DNA of 64,000 nucleotides from an uncultured Candidatus Saccharibacteria bacterium (lineage in GTDB: Bacteria; Patescibacteriota; UBA1384; CAYGGE01), in assembly GCA_964349485.1 (NCBI GenBank), contig CAYGGE010000003.1:5899-69898 (forward strand), in the 5' to 3' direction. The position numbers were made by a program, and so were the translations under genes. The notes under the pieces are model-generated. The model searched no databases. It had not been told where the DNA came from and worked only from the letters and a program-made list of their open reading frames with translations. Each line of letters opens with the position of its first letter. Position 1 is the first letter of the stretch. This document shows positions 17,397-26,904 of this stretch, piece after piece.

Positions 17397-20093
17397 ATGG
17401 CCTTTTTACAGAAACTATTTAGCACCAATGAACGGACTATTTCTAGACTAAAAACGATCGTAAACGATGTAAATAAGCTCGAAGAAGGTTTGATAAAACT
17501 TTCCGATGACGAACTGAAGGCAAAAACTGCATATTATAAGACAAAGATCAGCGAACGATTGCAGCAGTATCGGGGGGCAAAGGCCGATCCAACCTTAGAC
17601 CGCGAAAAAAATGAAGACGAGGAACATCGAGCCCATGTTGCTTACGAGCAGTCGGTGCTCAACGATCTGTTACCTGAGGTATTTGCGGTGGTGCGTGAAG
17701 CGGCCAAAAGAACGATTGGCCAGCGACATTATGATGTCCAAATCATGGGTGGTGTGGTTTTGCACCAAGGAAAAATTGCTGAAATGAAAACCGGTGAAGG
17801 CAAAACTTTGGTTGCTACTTTGCCTTTATACCTAAACGCATTGCTAGGCAAAGGCGCTCACCTGATCACTGTTAATGACTTTTTAGCCAAGTATCACGCT
17901 CAGTGGATGGGCCAGATTTATTATGCTCTTGGCATGACCTCGGCGGCTATTACACACGATAAGTCTTGGATCTACACCCCAGAGTCGGTGACCGAGAAAC
18001 GAGAAGAGGCGATTGAAGCCGGTCTGATCGATCCTGACTGGCCGTTACTACGAGCCTGTACCCGCCAAGAAGCCTATGGCGCCGATATTACTTATGGCAC
18101 TAACAATGAATTCGGCTTCGATTATCTGCGCGACAACATGGTCTATCGACCGACCGATATGGCCGGGCGGGGTTTCCGCTATGCGATCATCGACGAGGTA
18201 GACTCGATCCTAATCGACGAAGCTCGAACGCCACTGATTATCTCAGCACCAGCGGAAGAGTCGGCTAGCCTCTACGGTCAATTTGCTGGCATCGTCGCCA
18301 AACTTGATCCCGAAAAAGACTACAAACTCGACGAAAAAGATCGGGCGGTCAGTATTACAGATGAGGGGATTGCTCATGTTGAAGTACTGACAAACGTTGA
18401 GAGCTTTTATGATCCGAAAAATATCATGATGGTTCATCATCTTGAAGCAGCTTTGAAAGCTCGGGCCCTGTTTACTCGCGATAAAGATTACGTGGTTCGG
18501 GAGAACGAGATCGTGATCGTTGACGAGTTCACTGGTCGGCTCATGGAAGGTCGACGTTACAGCGAAGGTTTACATCAAGCAATCGAGGCGAAAGAAGGGG
18601 TTGAGGTTAAGCGGGAAAGCGATACCTTAGCGACGATTAGTTTCCAAAATCTGTTTCGCATGTACGATAAGCTTGCTGGCATGACCGGTACGGCCGAGAC
18701 GGAAAGTGAAGAGTTTTGGAAGATTTATGGTCTAGAAGTAGTGGTTATGCCGACTAACCGACCCAATGTTCGCTCTGATTCACAGGACCGGATATATAAG
18801 AGTGAAGCGGCTAAGATGACGGCCGTCGTGGCCGACGTCAAAGAGCGCCAAGCCGCTGGACAGCCAGTCTTAATCGGGACTATTTCAGTAGCTAAAAATG
18901 AACAGTTATCGACAGCTCTCAATAAGGCTGGCGTGAGACATGAGACATTGAATGCGAAAAATCACGAACGAGAAGCCCAAGTTATCGCCCAAGCTGGTCG
19001 TAGTGGGGCGGTCACGTTGGCGACGAACATGGCTGGTCGAGGCGTCGACATTATCTTAGGTGGCATGCCGACAGACGTCGAAGAGGCACGTAAGGTGCGG
19101 GAGGCCGGTGGTCTACGGGTCATCGGTACCGAACGCCACGAGTCACGACGAATCGACAATCAGCTTCGGGGACGAGCCGGTCGCCAAGGCGATCCGGGTC
19201 AATCGATCTTTTTCGTCTCGATGGAAGATGACCTCATGCGGATCTTCGGTGGCGAGAAGATGAAAGCCATGATGGAACGCCTCGGTCTATCTGACGAAGA
19301 AGCAATTGAGCATAAACTTATCTCGGGATCCCTAGAGCAAGCCCAGCGACGAGTCGAAGGCCACAACTTCGATATTCGTAAACACCTCGTTGAGTACGAC
19401 GATGTCATGAACCGTCATCGTAGCGTCATCTATCGTAAAAGACGACGAATTCTCGAGCTCGACCCGATCAAAGAAAATTGGCTGCACGAGGAGATTCTCG
19501 ACCTACTTGAAGACGACGAGTTGCCAAAATTTGAAGCGAAAGTGAAAACCTTTAGCGAAGAAGTCATGAAGCAACTCGAACGGGCCGTCTTTTTGCGCAC
19601 CATTGACATGTTTTGGATTGAGCATTTAAATGCCATGCAAGAACTGCGCGAAGGTATTGGTTTACGAGGCTATGGCCAGCACGATCCGCTGGTTGAGTAC
19701 AAACACGAATCGCACGGTCTGTTTAATCGATTGCTAGACTCAATAGACGATGAAGTGATCGCGATCATCATGAAAACCGAATTGACGCAAAAGACAGAAG
19801 CCAAAACAATCGAACCCGAAAAACCGCGCGCCATGACCTTCCAAGGGGCCGATGAATCGATGGCCGGCGGGGCAATTAGTAACATCGCTAAAGCCGAAAC
19901 CGCCAGCCCGACTGGTCAGCATGTCCACGAAGATATTGAAAATAATCTCGGGAGTGACCTTGCAGGCGTAGAAGTAACCGTCCGCTCAGCCGGCCACAAA
20001 GCCGAACCAGACAAAAACACTAAAAAAATCGGCCGAAACAAGCCCTGCTATTGCGGGAGCGGCAAAAAGTTCAAAAAGTGCCACGGTGTGTAG
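17397..20093 (+). CDS. secA: preprotein translocase ATPase SecA
   Basis: DEAD motor motifs (MKTGEGKTLVATL, DEVDSILIDEARTPLIIS), C-terminal zinc finger CYCGSGKKFKKCHG. Confidence 0.95.
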   Translation: MAFLQKLFSTNERTISRLKTIVNDVNKLEEGLIKLSDDELKAKTAYYKTKISERLQQYRGAKADPTLDREKNEDEEHRAHVAYEQSVLNDLLPEVFAVVREAAKRTIGQRHYDVQIMGGVVLHQGKIAEMKTGEGKTLVATLPLYLNALLGKGAHLITVNDFLAKYHAQWMGQIYYALGMTSAAITHDKSWIYTPESVTEKREEAIEAGLIDPDWPLLRACTRQEAYGADITYGTNNEFGFDYLRDNMVYRPTDMAGRGFRYAIIDEVDSILIDEARTPLIISAPAEESASLYGQFAGIVAKLDPEKDYKLDEKDRAVSITDEGIAHVEVLTNVESFYDPKNIMMVHHLEAALKARALFTRDKDYVVRENEIVIVDEFTGRLMEGRRYSEGLHQAIEAKEGVEVKRESDTLATISFQNLFRMYDKLAGMTGTAETESEEFWKIYGLEVVVMPTNRPNVRSDSQDRIYKSEAAKMTAVVADVKERQAAGQPVLIGTISVAKNEQLSTALNKAGVRHETLNAKNHEREAQVIAQAGRSGAVTLATNMAGRGVDIILGGMPTDVEEARKVREAGGLRVIGTERHESRRIDNQLRGRAGRQGDPGQSIFFVSMEDDLMRIFGGEKMKAMMERLGLSDEEAIEHKLISGSLEQAQRRVEGHNFDIRKHLVEYDDVMNRHRSVIYRKRRRILELDPIKENWLHEEILDLLEDDELPKFEAKVKTFSEEVMKQLERAVFLRTIDMFWIEHLNAMQELREGIGLRGYGQHDPLVEYKHESHGLFNRLLDSIDDEVIAIIMKTELTQKTEAKTIEPEKPRAMTFQGADESMAGGAISNIAKAETASPTGQHVHEDIENNLGSDLAGVEVTVRSAGHKAEPDKNTKKIGRNKPCYCGSGKKFKKCHGV

Positions 20094-20185
20094 CTAGACA
20101 GGAATAATCTACTTCAAAGTTGATGTCGTAACTAGTGTCTAGTGGATAAGATGATTAGCGCTATCTTACGGGCGAAAGATCATAG

Positions 20186-20587
20186 CTAGCTTAGATAAGT
20201 ATTATGACTCTCACCGTCATAGCCGCGGCCAGGGACTAAGCGGACGTGGATTTTGAATTTTCGCACTAGGCCGTCATTGCCTTCGATCATATCAGTATTG
20301 TTTTTTTGCGAGTATTCGACGAGCTCGTACGACAAGAGCTCTTCGAGGGTGCCGATCTCCTCTTTGATATCTTTAATTTTTTCCATAAACTCACGGTTCT
20401 CGGCTTGGTTGACGATATCCTCACGGACCCGTTTCTTTTTAGTGTTAATCTCTTTTGACTCTTTGACGGCCGACTGATAAACGGCATCATTGTCGAGGGC
20501 ATTTTTTATCGCCTCGTTCGCGACTTTCATATCTTCCTTCAACTGTTCGATCGTGGCGATTCGTTTCTGAATACTGGCAATTTCCAT
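20186..20587 (-). CDS. hypothetical coiled-coil protein (133 aa), lone opposite-strand gene
   Basis: charged heptad-rich N-terminal 90 aa, small C-terminal segment; no known motif. Confidence 0.45.
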   Translation of the reverse strand: MEIASIQKRIATIEQLKEDMKVANEAIKNALDNDAVYQSAVKESKEINTKKKRVREDIVNQAENREFMEKIKDIKEEIGTLEELLSYELVEYSQKNNTDMIEGNDGLVRKFKIHVRLVPGRGYDGESHNTYLS

Positions 20588-20648
20588 TTAGCTCCTTTAA
20601 CAATTAATTACAATAATTACCATAACAAACATTTTCAAATGTGTCAGC

Positions 20649-20679
20649 CTTGCCGACTATATATAGATTCTTGCTATAA
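20649..20679 (+). promoter_or_regulatory. candidate sigma70-type promoter with extended -10 (TGcTATAAT) for the ppnK operon
   Basis: TGcTATAAT at 20671-20679, weak -35 TTGCCG; RBS aagagg 10 nt before ATG 20701. Confidence 0.45.
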
Positions 20680-20700
20680 TAACTTAAGAGGTATTACTTA

Positions 20701-21432
20701 ATGAAACGAATTATGACTATAGGGAGAGACCTATCGATCATCAACTCCATCCTAGAACAGGAGGGACTGCTTTTGGTTTCTACAGAGCCCGATCTGATTG
20801 TAACCCATGGGGGCGATGGATATCTATTACAGGCCGAACGTGAGTATCCGGGTGTGCCAAAACTGCCTATCCGCCGCAATTCGATCTGCAAAACTTGCGT
20901 CGATCACGATACGACTCATATTGTGAAAGCCTTAGCTCGAGGAACAATCTCCAAAAGTAGAGTCATGAAACTTGAGTGCACCATCGAAGGTAAAACATAT
21001 TACGCCCTCAACGAATTTTCGTTTCATCACGTTATGCTGAACCAGGCGATTCGGTTTGATGTGAAGATTAATGACGAAGATCATGTCGAAACAGCAATTG
21101 GCGATGGTTTAGTCGTCTCCACTCCCTTTGGCTCCCATGCCTACTATCGCAGTATTACGCGTAGTATATTCCGTCAAGGAATAGGCTTGGCATTTAACAA
21201 CACTACAGAAGCCATCGATCACCTGGTAATACGAGATACCGATACAGTCAGCGTGAAACTATTGCGTGGTCCGGCCTGTTTCATGTCGGATAACGATCCG
21301 ATCCAGATCACACTCGAGAAGGATGCTGTGGCGACAATTAGCAAATCGTCAAAGGTTGCTCAAATGCTGGGTCTTGAGTATTCACATTGCCCTGACTGCG
21401 GGGTGCTTGAGTCAACAGTAGCGGAGGCTTAA
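20701..21432 (+). CDS. ppnK: NAD(+) kinase-like (ATP-NAD kinase family)
   Basis: GGDGYLL (GGDG motif), DGLVVSTPFGSHAYYRS (NAD-kinase C-domain). Confidence 0.7.
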   Translation: MKRIMTIGRDLSIINSILEQEGLLLVSTEPDLIVTHGGDGYLLQAEREYPGVPKLPIRRNSICKTCVDHDTTHIVKALARGTISKSRVMKLECTIEGKTYYALNEFSFHHVMLNQAIRFDVKINDEDHVETAIGDGLVVSTPFGSHAYYRSITRSIFRQGIGLAFNNTTEAIDHLVIRDTDTVSVKLLRGPACFMSDNDPIQITLEKDAVATISKSSKVAQMLGLEYSHCPDCGVLESTVAEA

Positions 21433-21992
21433 TGGCGACAACAATTCATTTTATACGGCATGGCTCAGTTGAGGATCCGCTTGATATATACTATGGTCGG
21501 TTACCTGGGTATCCATTGAGCCAACTTGGAAGAGATGAAGCTACACAGCTGGCAAAACGATTAAAGAACTATCCGATCACAAAGATATATACTAGTCCTC
21601 TTCAGAGGACGCAAGAGACAGCTAAGATCATCAGCGAGCAAATAGATTGTCAGATAGTGGTCGATCAGCGACTGATTGAAGTCAATGCTTCATTCGAAGG
21701 TCAACCGCGAGTCGATTTGCATCGTAAACGGACGGCCGCCGACTACGGTGAATCGATGGCCGAGATCTTCGATCGGATGTCTAAATTTGTAAACCAAGTA
21801 GTGGTTGAACATCCTGACGAGCAAATAGTGGCGGTCAGTCACGGTGGTCCAATTCGCTTACTGGTGATGGGCCTCGAATCACTTCCCTTTACCGATTACG
21901 CTTACGAAGAAGAGGGTGCTCCAGACTACGCATCGGACACTGTCATACGGGTAGATGACAAGGGGGCGACGATCACAAAACTCAATTTCTAG
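21432..21992 (+). CDS. histidine phosphatase family protein (phosphoglycerate-mutase-like)
   Basis: IHFIRHGSVED (RHG catalytic motif), VSHGGPIR. Confidence 0.75.
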   Translation: MATTIHFIRHGSVEDPLDIYYGRLPGYPLSQLGRDEATQLAKRLKNYPITKIYTSPLQRTQETAKIISEQIDCQIVVDQRLIEVNASFEGQPRVDLHRKRTAADYGESMAEIFDRMSKFVNQVVVEHPDEQIVAVSHGGPIRLLVMGLESLPFTDYAYEEEGAPDYASDTVIRVDDKGATITKLNF

Positions 21993-22045
21993 GTGCGTAT
22001 TTTTCTAATGGCTATGATACAATAAATTGAACAATAGGAGGGGCT

Positions 22046-22513
22046 TTGATTTACTTGGCCTCTGATCATGGTGGTTATGCGCTGAAAGAAAAATTGAAAG
22101 AATGGTTAAAAGGTCGAAAGATTCCGCACAAGGACTTTGGGCCAGCTTCGCTGGACCCGGAAGACGACTATCCTGACTACGTTCTGCCTTTGGCGGCTGC
22201 TGTTGCTAAGGATAACGTCAAAGGTATCGTCATCTGTCGTAACGGGCAAGGGGCGGCAATTGCTGCCAATAAGACACCAGGCATACGGGCGGCCGTCTGT
22301 CTCGACACACATTGCGCGACAAGCTCACGTAACGACGACGATGCTAATATCCTGAGTCTTCCGGGCGACTACCTAACTCTGGCGCAGGCTGAAAATATTG
22401 TTAGCAACTGGCTATTCACGCCATTTTCCCATCATGCGAGACATGTCCGTCGACTAGCCAAGCTCGCCGATTTTGAACAGGAGATAGATAAGAAACGAGG
22501 GACCAATGCTTGA
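22046..22513 (+). CDS. rpiB: ribose-5-phosphate isomerase B (RpiB/LacAB family); TTG start, uncertain
   Basis: ASDHGG, GIVICRNGQGAAIAANK, CLD motifs. Confidence 0.8.
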   Translation: MIYLASDHGGYALKEKLKEWLKGRKIPHKDFGPASLDPEDDYPDYVLPLAAAVAKDNVKGIVICRNGQGAAIAANKTPGIRAAVCLDTHCATSSRNDDDANILSLPGDYLTLAQAENIVSNWLFTPFSHHARHVRRLAKLADFEQEIDKKRGTNA

Positions 22514-23063
22514 AACATTGAAATACAAGGTCTGTATCTCAGGCTCTGCTGTCATGAACGAACCGCCTTCGGTAAAGGAGAAGGCTAAGGCCTTAGGTCG
22601 CGAGTTAGCGGCACAAAAGGTAGTGGTCTTAACTGGGGCGACGACTGGCTATCCTTACTATGCGGCGGTCGGTGCCAAAGAAGCCGGCGGAGTGACAATT
22701 GGTTTCTCTCCGGCGATGAGTTACAAAGAGCATACAAAAAAATACCGATTGCCAACCGATAATCATGATCTCATTGTCTATACCGGTTTCGGTTATTCAG
22801 GTCGCAATCTATTTTTAGTTCGTTCCGGCGATGCAGTCATCCATATTGCTGGTCGGATTGGCACGTTAAACGAATTTACAAGTGCATTTGAAGATAAAAA
22901 AGTGATCGGCGTATTGCTTGGGACTGGTGGCACATCGTCGTTAATCGATGGGATCATCGAGATCGCCGATCGTGGGGCAGGTAAGATCGTCTATGACGAC
23001 GATCCTGTGGCCTTGGTTCAACAAGTTGTACAGCTCATAAAGAAGGAAGCCCATGCGGATTAG
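22506..23063 (+). CDS. LOG/TIGR00725-like Rossmann-fold protein (SLOG superfamily)
   Basis: VVLTGATTGYPYYAAVGAKEAGG and HIAGRIGTLNEF (GG-GT--E LOG-like motif). Confidence 0.6.
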   Translation: MLETLKYKVCISGSAVMNEPPSVKEKAKALGRELAAQKVVVLTGATTGYPYYAAVGAKEAGGVTIGFSPAMSYKEHTKKYRLPTDNHDLIVYTGFGYSGRNLFLVRSGDAVIHIAGRIGTLNEFTSAFEDKKVIGVLLGTGGTSSLIDGIIEIADRGAGKIVYDDDPVALVQQVVQLIKKEAHAD

Positions 23064-24396
23064 CTTCCACGGTGCTGCCGGTGAGGTAACTGGCTCAAAT
23101 TTTTTTGTCGAGTCAGGCGATGAACGAATCTTGATCGACTGTGGTATGTTCCAAGGTAGTCGCTTTGCTGAGGAATCAAACTACAAACCACTGCCCTACG
23201 ATGTTCGTGGTTTGACCGGACTTATCTTAACTCACGCTCATTTGGATCACTGTGGTCGCATACCTAAACTCTATAAAGATGGCTTTCGAGGCAAGATCTA
23301 TGCGACAGGGCCGACTTGTGAGCTTGCGGCGATAGTTATGGCCGATGCCGCTGGTATCATGGCTTATGAGGCGGAAGAAGATGGTCACGAGCCACTCTAC
23401 AGTGAGGATGACGTCACCAAGGTGCTAGCCCTTTTCGAACCAGTTGATTATCACCGACCAACTTCACTTGGGAAGAATTTCCGTTTTGAATTTTACGATG
23501 CTGGTCATATCCTTGGGGCGGCGAGTATCTTGCTAAAATCAGAAGGAAAAAAAGTAGTTTTCTCTGGTGATATTGGTAACTATCCCGTGCCCATGATGAA
23601 TCAGCCAGAAGTGCCAGCACAAGCCAATCTAGTAGTTATGGAATCGACCTATGGTGGCCGTTATCACGAGACGGCGGTAGATCGACGCTCGAAACTTCGG
23701 TTAGTGATCCGTCAAACCATCGCACGCAAAGGAGTGTTGCTAATCCCCGCTTTTGCTCTCGAGCGAACACAAGAGATACTTTACGAATTGGCTGGGCTTT
23801 CCGACGATGGATTACTCCCTCATGTACCAATCTTTCTCGATAGCCCCATGGCGATTGCCGCTACTGAAATATATGAACAGAGCATCCGCTACTTCAACCA
23901 CGAAGCCCAGGTTGCTCACAAGATCGGCAATGCCTTGTTCTCCTTTCCTGGTTTGAAGATTACTGAAACATCCGGTCAATCCAGAGCGATAAACCAGGTA
24001 GTCGGACCAAAAATAATTATCGCCGGTTCGGGCATGATGGAGGGTGGACGTATCCAACACCATGCTAAACATTATCTACCTGACACGACTACGACTTTGC
24101 TAATTGTTGGTTACCAAGGAAAGGGGACGCTCGGTCGTGAACTATATGACGGGAGGCGACGCGTCAAGATTCGTGGATCATCGGTGACAGTTCATGCTCG
24201 AGTAGTCGCAATCGGTGCCTATTCAGCTCATGCTGATCAACAAGGACTTGAAGATTGGCTCGGGCGTTTCAAAACTAAACCAAATAAAGTATATTTGGTT
24301 CACGGAGAAGAAGATGGAGCGAGTAAGATGGCGACCAAGATAAAGGATCGCTACGATGTTTCGATCCCAAAACCGGGTACTGAGGCAACATTATGA
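23053..24396 (+). CDS. MBL-fold beta-CASP ribonuclease (TTHA0252 / RNase-J-like)
   Basis: N-terminus MRISFHGAAGEVTGSNFFVESGDERILIDCGMFQG, HAHLDHCGRIP metallo-beta-lactamase motif, beta-CASP C-half. Confidence 0.75.
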   Translation: MRISFHGAAGEVTGSNFFVESGDERILIDCGMFQGSRFAEESNYKPLPYDVRGLTGLILTHAHLDHCGRIPKLYKDGFRGKIYATGPTCELAAIVMADAAGIMAYEAEEDGHEPLYSEDDVTKVLALFEPVDYHRPTSLGKNFRFEFYDAGHILGAASILLKSEGKKVVFSGDIGNYPVPMMNQPEVPAQANLVVMESTYGGRYHETAVDRRSKLRLVIRQTIARKGVLLIPAFALERTQEILYELAGLSDDGLLPHVPIFLDSPMAIAATEIYEQSIRYFNHEAQVAHKIGNALFSFPGLKITETSGQSRAINQVVGPKIIIAGSGMMEGGRIQHHAKHYLPDTTTTLLIVGYQGKGTLGRELYDGRRRVKIRGSSVTVHARVVAIGAYSAHADQQGLEDWLGRFKTKPNKVYLVHGEEDGASKMATKIKDRYDVSIPKPGTEATL

Positions 24397-25055
24397 TCCA
24401 ATTCATACCGACCATTCTCGAATCGACGGCTGATTCGTTTATGACTAAACGGGCGTTGCTTGAACCACTGGTGAAACGTATTTCACTTGATTTTGCAGAC
24501 AATACGTTGGTTCCCAATCAGACTGTCTTACCAGGTGACATCTCGCCTCTCTCACTAGATCATGAGTACGATGCTCATCTCATGGTGAGCGAGCCGAGCC
24601 AGTACTTTAATGCTTTGAAAACTGTTGGAGTCACTAGAGTGATTGTCCATATGGAATCGGCAGAAAATATGACATCGTTAATCGAGAAGGCCAAGCAGTC
24701 GAACCATGGCGTAGCTATCACGCTCAATCCAGAGACCCCAATCGATGAACTAGAGCCATACTTAGGACAGATTGAATTTGTCCAGATCATGGCTATTCAC
24801 CCGGGTTTTGGTGGCCTGCCATTTGTGAGCGAGACGTTTGATCGGATCCGTCAGTTACGAGACATGGCTCCCAAACTCGATATTGCTGTCGATGGCGCGG
24901 TTCGTTATGATAATGCTGAGTCCCTTATAGATGCTGGAGCGACGATGTTGATGGTCGGCAAGGGTGGATATGTGACAGATGATGATGTCGAAAAGGGGAT
25001 TACCAAGTGGCACCATCTGATCGACACCCATCTGAAAGGATCTCATGTTAGTTAA
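24393..25055 (+). CDS. rpe: ribulose-phosphate 3-epimerase
   Basis: PTILESTADSF...DAHLMV...DIAVDGAV TIM-barrel RPE motifs. Confidence 0.8.
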   Translation: MIQFIPTILESTADSFMTKRALLEPLVKRISLDFADNTLVPNQTVLPGDISPLSLDHEYDAHLMVSEPSQYFNALKTVGVTRVIVHMESAENMTSLIEKAKQSNHGVAITLNPETPIDELEPYLGQIEFVQIMAIHPGFGGLPFVSETFDRIRQLRDMAPKLDIAVDGAVRYDNAESLIDAGATMLMVGKGGYVTDDDVEKGITKWHHLIDTHLKGSHVS

Positions 25056-25893
25056 TACGATCGAGATGCTCAAAAATGCCCGCAAGCACGGCTATGCAGT
25101 CGGTGCCTTCAATACTTGCGATCTTGAGATCAGTCAAGCTATCATCGACACTGCAACTAAGCTAAACAGCCCAGTTATCATTCAAACCAGCGAAAAGGCG
25201 ATCGATTACGCCGGTATCGAAGCAATTTATGGTATTTTGCTGACTCTCGCGAAAGCGGCGCCAGTTCCGGTGGCCATTCATCTCGACCACGGTAAGAGTG
25301 TCGAACGTGCAAAACAGTGTATCGAAATTGGTTACAGCTCAGTCATGATTGATACCTCTGTGCTCGATTACGATGAGAATGTTAAAGCAGCGCAGGCAGT
25401 TGTAGCGATGGCCCATCCGAAACACGTCAGTGTGGAAGCTGAGCTGGGGGTTCTTTCTGGAAAAGAAGACTATGTGGCAGCCCTCGAATCGAAAATGACT
25501 AAGCCGAATCAAGCAGTCGAGTTTATCGAGAAGACTGGCGTCGACAGCTTGGCGATTTCGATTGGTAACGCCCACGGAGTGCCTTCGGCCAAAGAAATTT
25601 TCGATCTATTTCGGCTAGAAGAGATTGCTAAGAAAGTCTCGATTCCTCTTGTTCTCCACGGCGCCTCAAGTACCCCACCAGCAAGAATCAAAAGGGCGAT
25701 CGAACTTGGGATCGCCAAGATCAATATAGATACCGACTTACGTCTCGGCTTCAATAACGATTTACGAGCATTTCTAGAGTCGCATCCCGATGCTTACGAT
25801 CCACGGGAGATCTTAACCAAAGCGACCGAGGGGGTTCGTAAGGTAGTGGCGAAGAAAATGGCACTTTTTGGGTCGGTTAATCAAGCAAGCTGA
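25045..25893 (+). CDS. fba: class II fructose/tagatose-bisphosphate aldolase
   Basis: GYAVGAFNTCDLE, VAIHLDHGKS, LVLHGASSTP. Confidence 0.85.
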   Translation: MLVNTIEMLKNARKHGYAVGAFNTCDLEISQAIIDTATKLNSPVIIQTSEKAIDYAGIEAIYGILLTLAKAAPVPVAIHLDHGKSVERAKQCIEIGYSSVMIDTSVLDYDENVKAAQAVVAMAHPKHVSVEAELGVLSGKEDYVAALESKMTKPNQAVEFIEKTGVDSLAISIGNAHGVPSAKEIFDLFRLEEIAKKVSIPLVLHGASSTPPARIKRAIELGIAKINIDTDLRLGFNNDLRAFLESHPDAYDPREILTKATEGVRKVVAKKMALFGSVNQAS

Positions 25894-25903
25894 AGGAGAC
25901 GCC

Positions 25904-26887
25904 GTGCACGATGTAATCGCTATCGGGGATATGAGTATCGATGTCTTTTTAGAGATGAATAAAAAAGAAGCCGATATTCATTGCTCAGTTCGCCATGAGG
26001 ACTGTAAGATTTGTTTCAATTACGCCGATAAGATTCCAGTTGAAGCCATGGTTCGAACAATTGGTGGAAACTCAGCCAATATTGCGGTCGGGGTGCGTCG
26101 ACTCGGTTTGAAATCGGCAATGGTAACCAATCTAGGGAAAGATGAAGAAGGTCAAGTTTGTCGAAAAGCCCTTTGGCATGAAAGAGTTGACACTCGCTTT
26201 ATTGATTTTAATAAGCGAACCAATCTCTCGACCGTGATTAATTATCTCGGTGAGCGGACGATCTTTATCTATCACGAAGAGCGTGAATATCGACTGCCCA
26301 GTTTGCCGAAAAGCCGATATATCTACTTCTCATCGATGAAAAAAGGTTGGGATGTGGTAATCGATCCGCTGGTTAAATATCTTGATCGTCATAAAGTTAA
26401 ACTGGCTTATAATCCTGGGACATACCAACTGCGCGATGGTGCCAAGCTCTCTGCACCACTTTTAAGTCGCTGTGAAATTTTTTATGTCAACCGTGAAGAG
26501 GCGATTCTCTTCACCGGACAGAAGGAAGACGTTAGTTATACCGAGCTATTTGATGCACTTCACAAGCTCGGTCCAAAAATAGTCGTGATTACCGATGGCC
26601 CGAAAGGTTCGTATGTCTCTGATGGTGAACAGCAGTATGTTCTTGGTATATTCGACGTACCTGTAATCGAGCGGACTGGCTGTGGCGATGCCTTTGCCAC
26701 CGGGTTCTTAGTTGCAATTATGGAAGGTAAGTCATTGACTGATGCGATGCGTTGGGGCAGTTTTGAATCTGCAGCCGTCTTGCAAGAAATTGGGCCAGAA
26801 GCTGGCTTGTTACGAAAACATGAGTTAGCTAATTATGAAAAAAAATATCCAAATTTTACGGCGAAAACACTATCAAAAAAACACTAG
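25904..26887 (+). CDS. PfkB-family carbohydrate kinase (ribokinase-like); GTG start with aaggag RBS
   Basis: VIAIGDMSIDVF N-terminal motif, C-terminal TGCGDAFATGFL anion-hole motif. Confidence 0.75.
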   Translation: MHDVIAIGDMSIDVFLEMNKKEADIHCSVRHEDCKICFNYADKIPVEAMVRTIGGNSANIAVGVRRLGLKSAMVTNLGKDEEGQVCRKALWHERVDTRFIDFNKRTNLSTVINYLGERTIFIYHEEREYRLPSLPKSRYIYFSSMKKGWDVVIDPLVKYLDRHKVKLAYNPGTYQLRDGAKLSAPLLSRCEIFYVNREEAILFTGQKEDVSYTELFDALHKLGPKIVVITDGPKGSYVSDGEQQYVLGIFDVPVIERTGCGDAFATGFLVAIMEGKSLTDAMRWGSFESAAVLQEIGPEAGLLRKHELANYEKKYPNFTAKTLSKKH

Positions 26888-26904
26888 ACAGTAGAGGAGT
26901 TACT

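Noticed and set aside
22046-22055. rpiB start codon
   Set aside because: The TTG at 22046 has an SD only 2 nt upstream, which is atypical spacing. No better in-frame start exists before the conserved SDHGG block, so the TTG is retained but flagged as uncertain.
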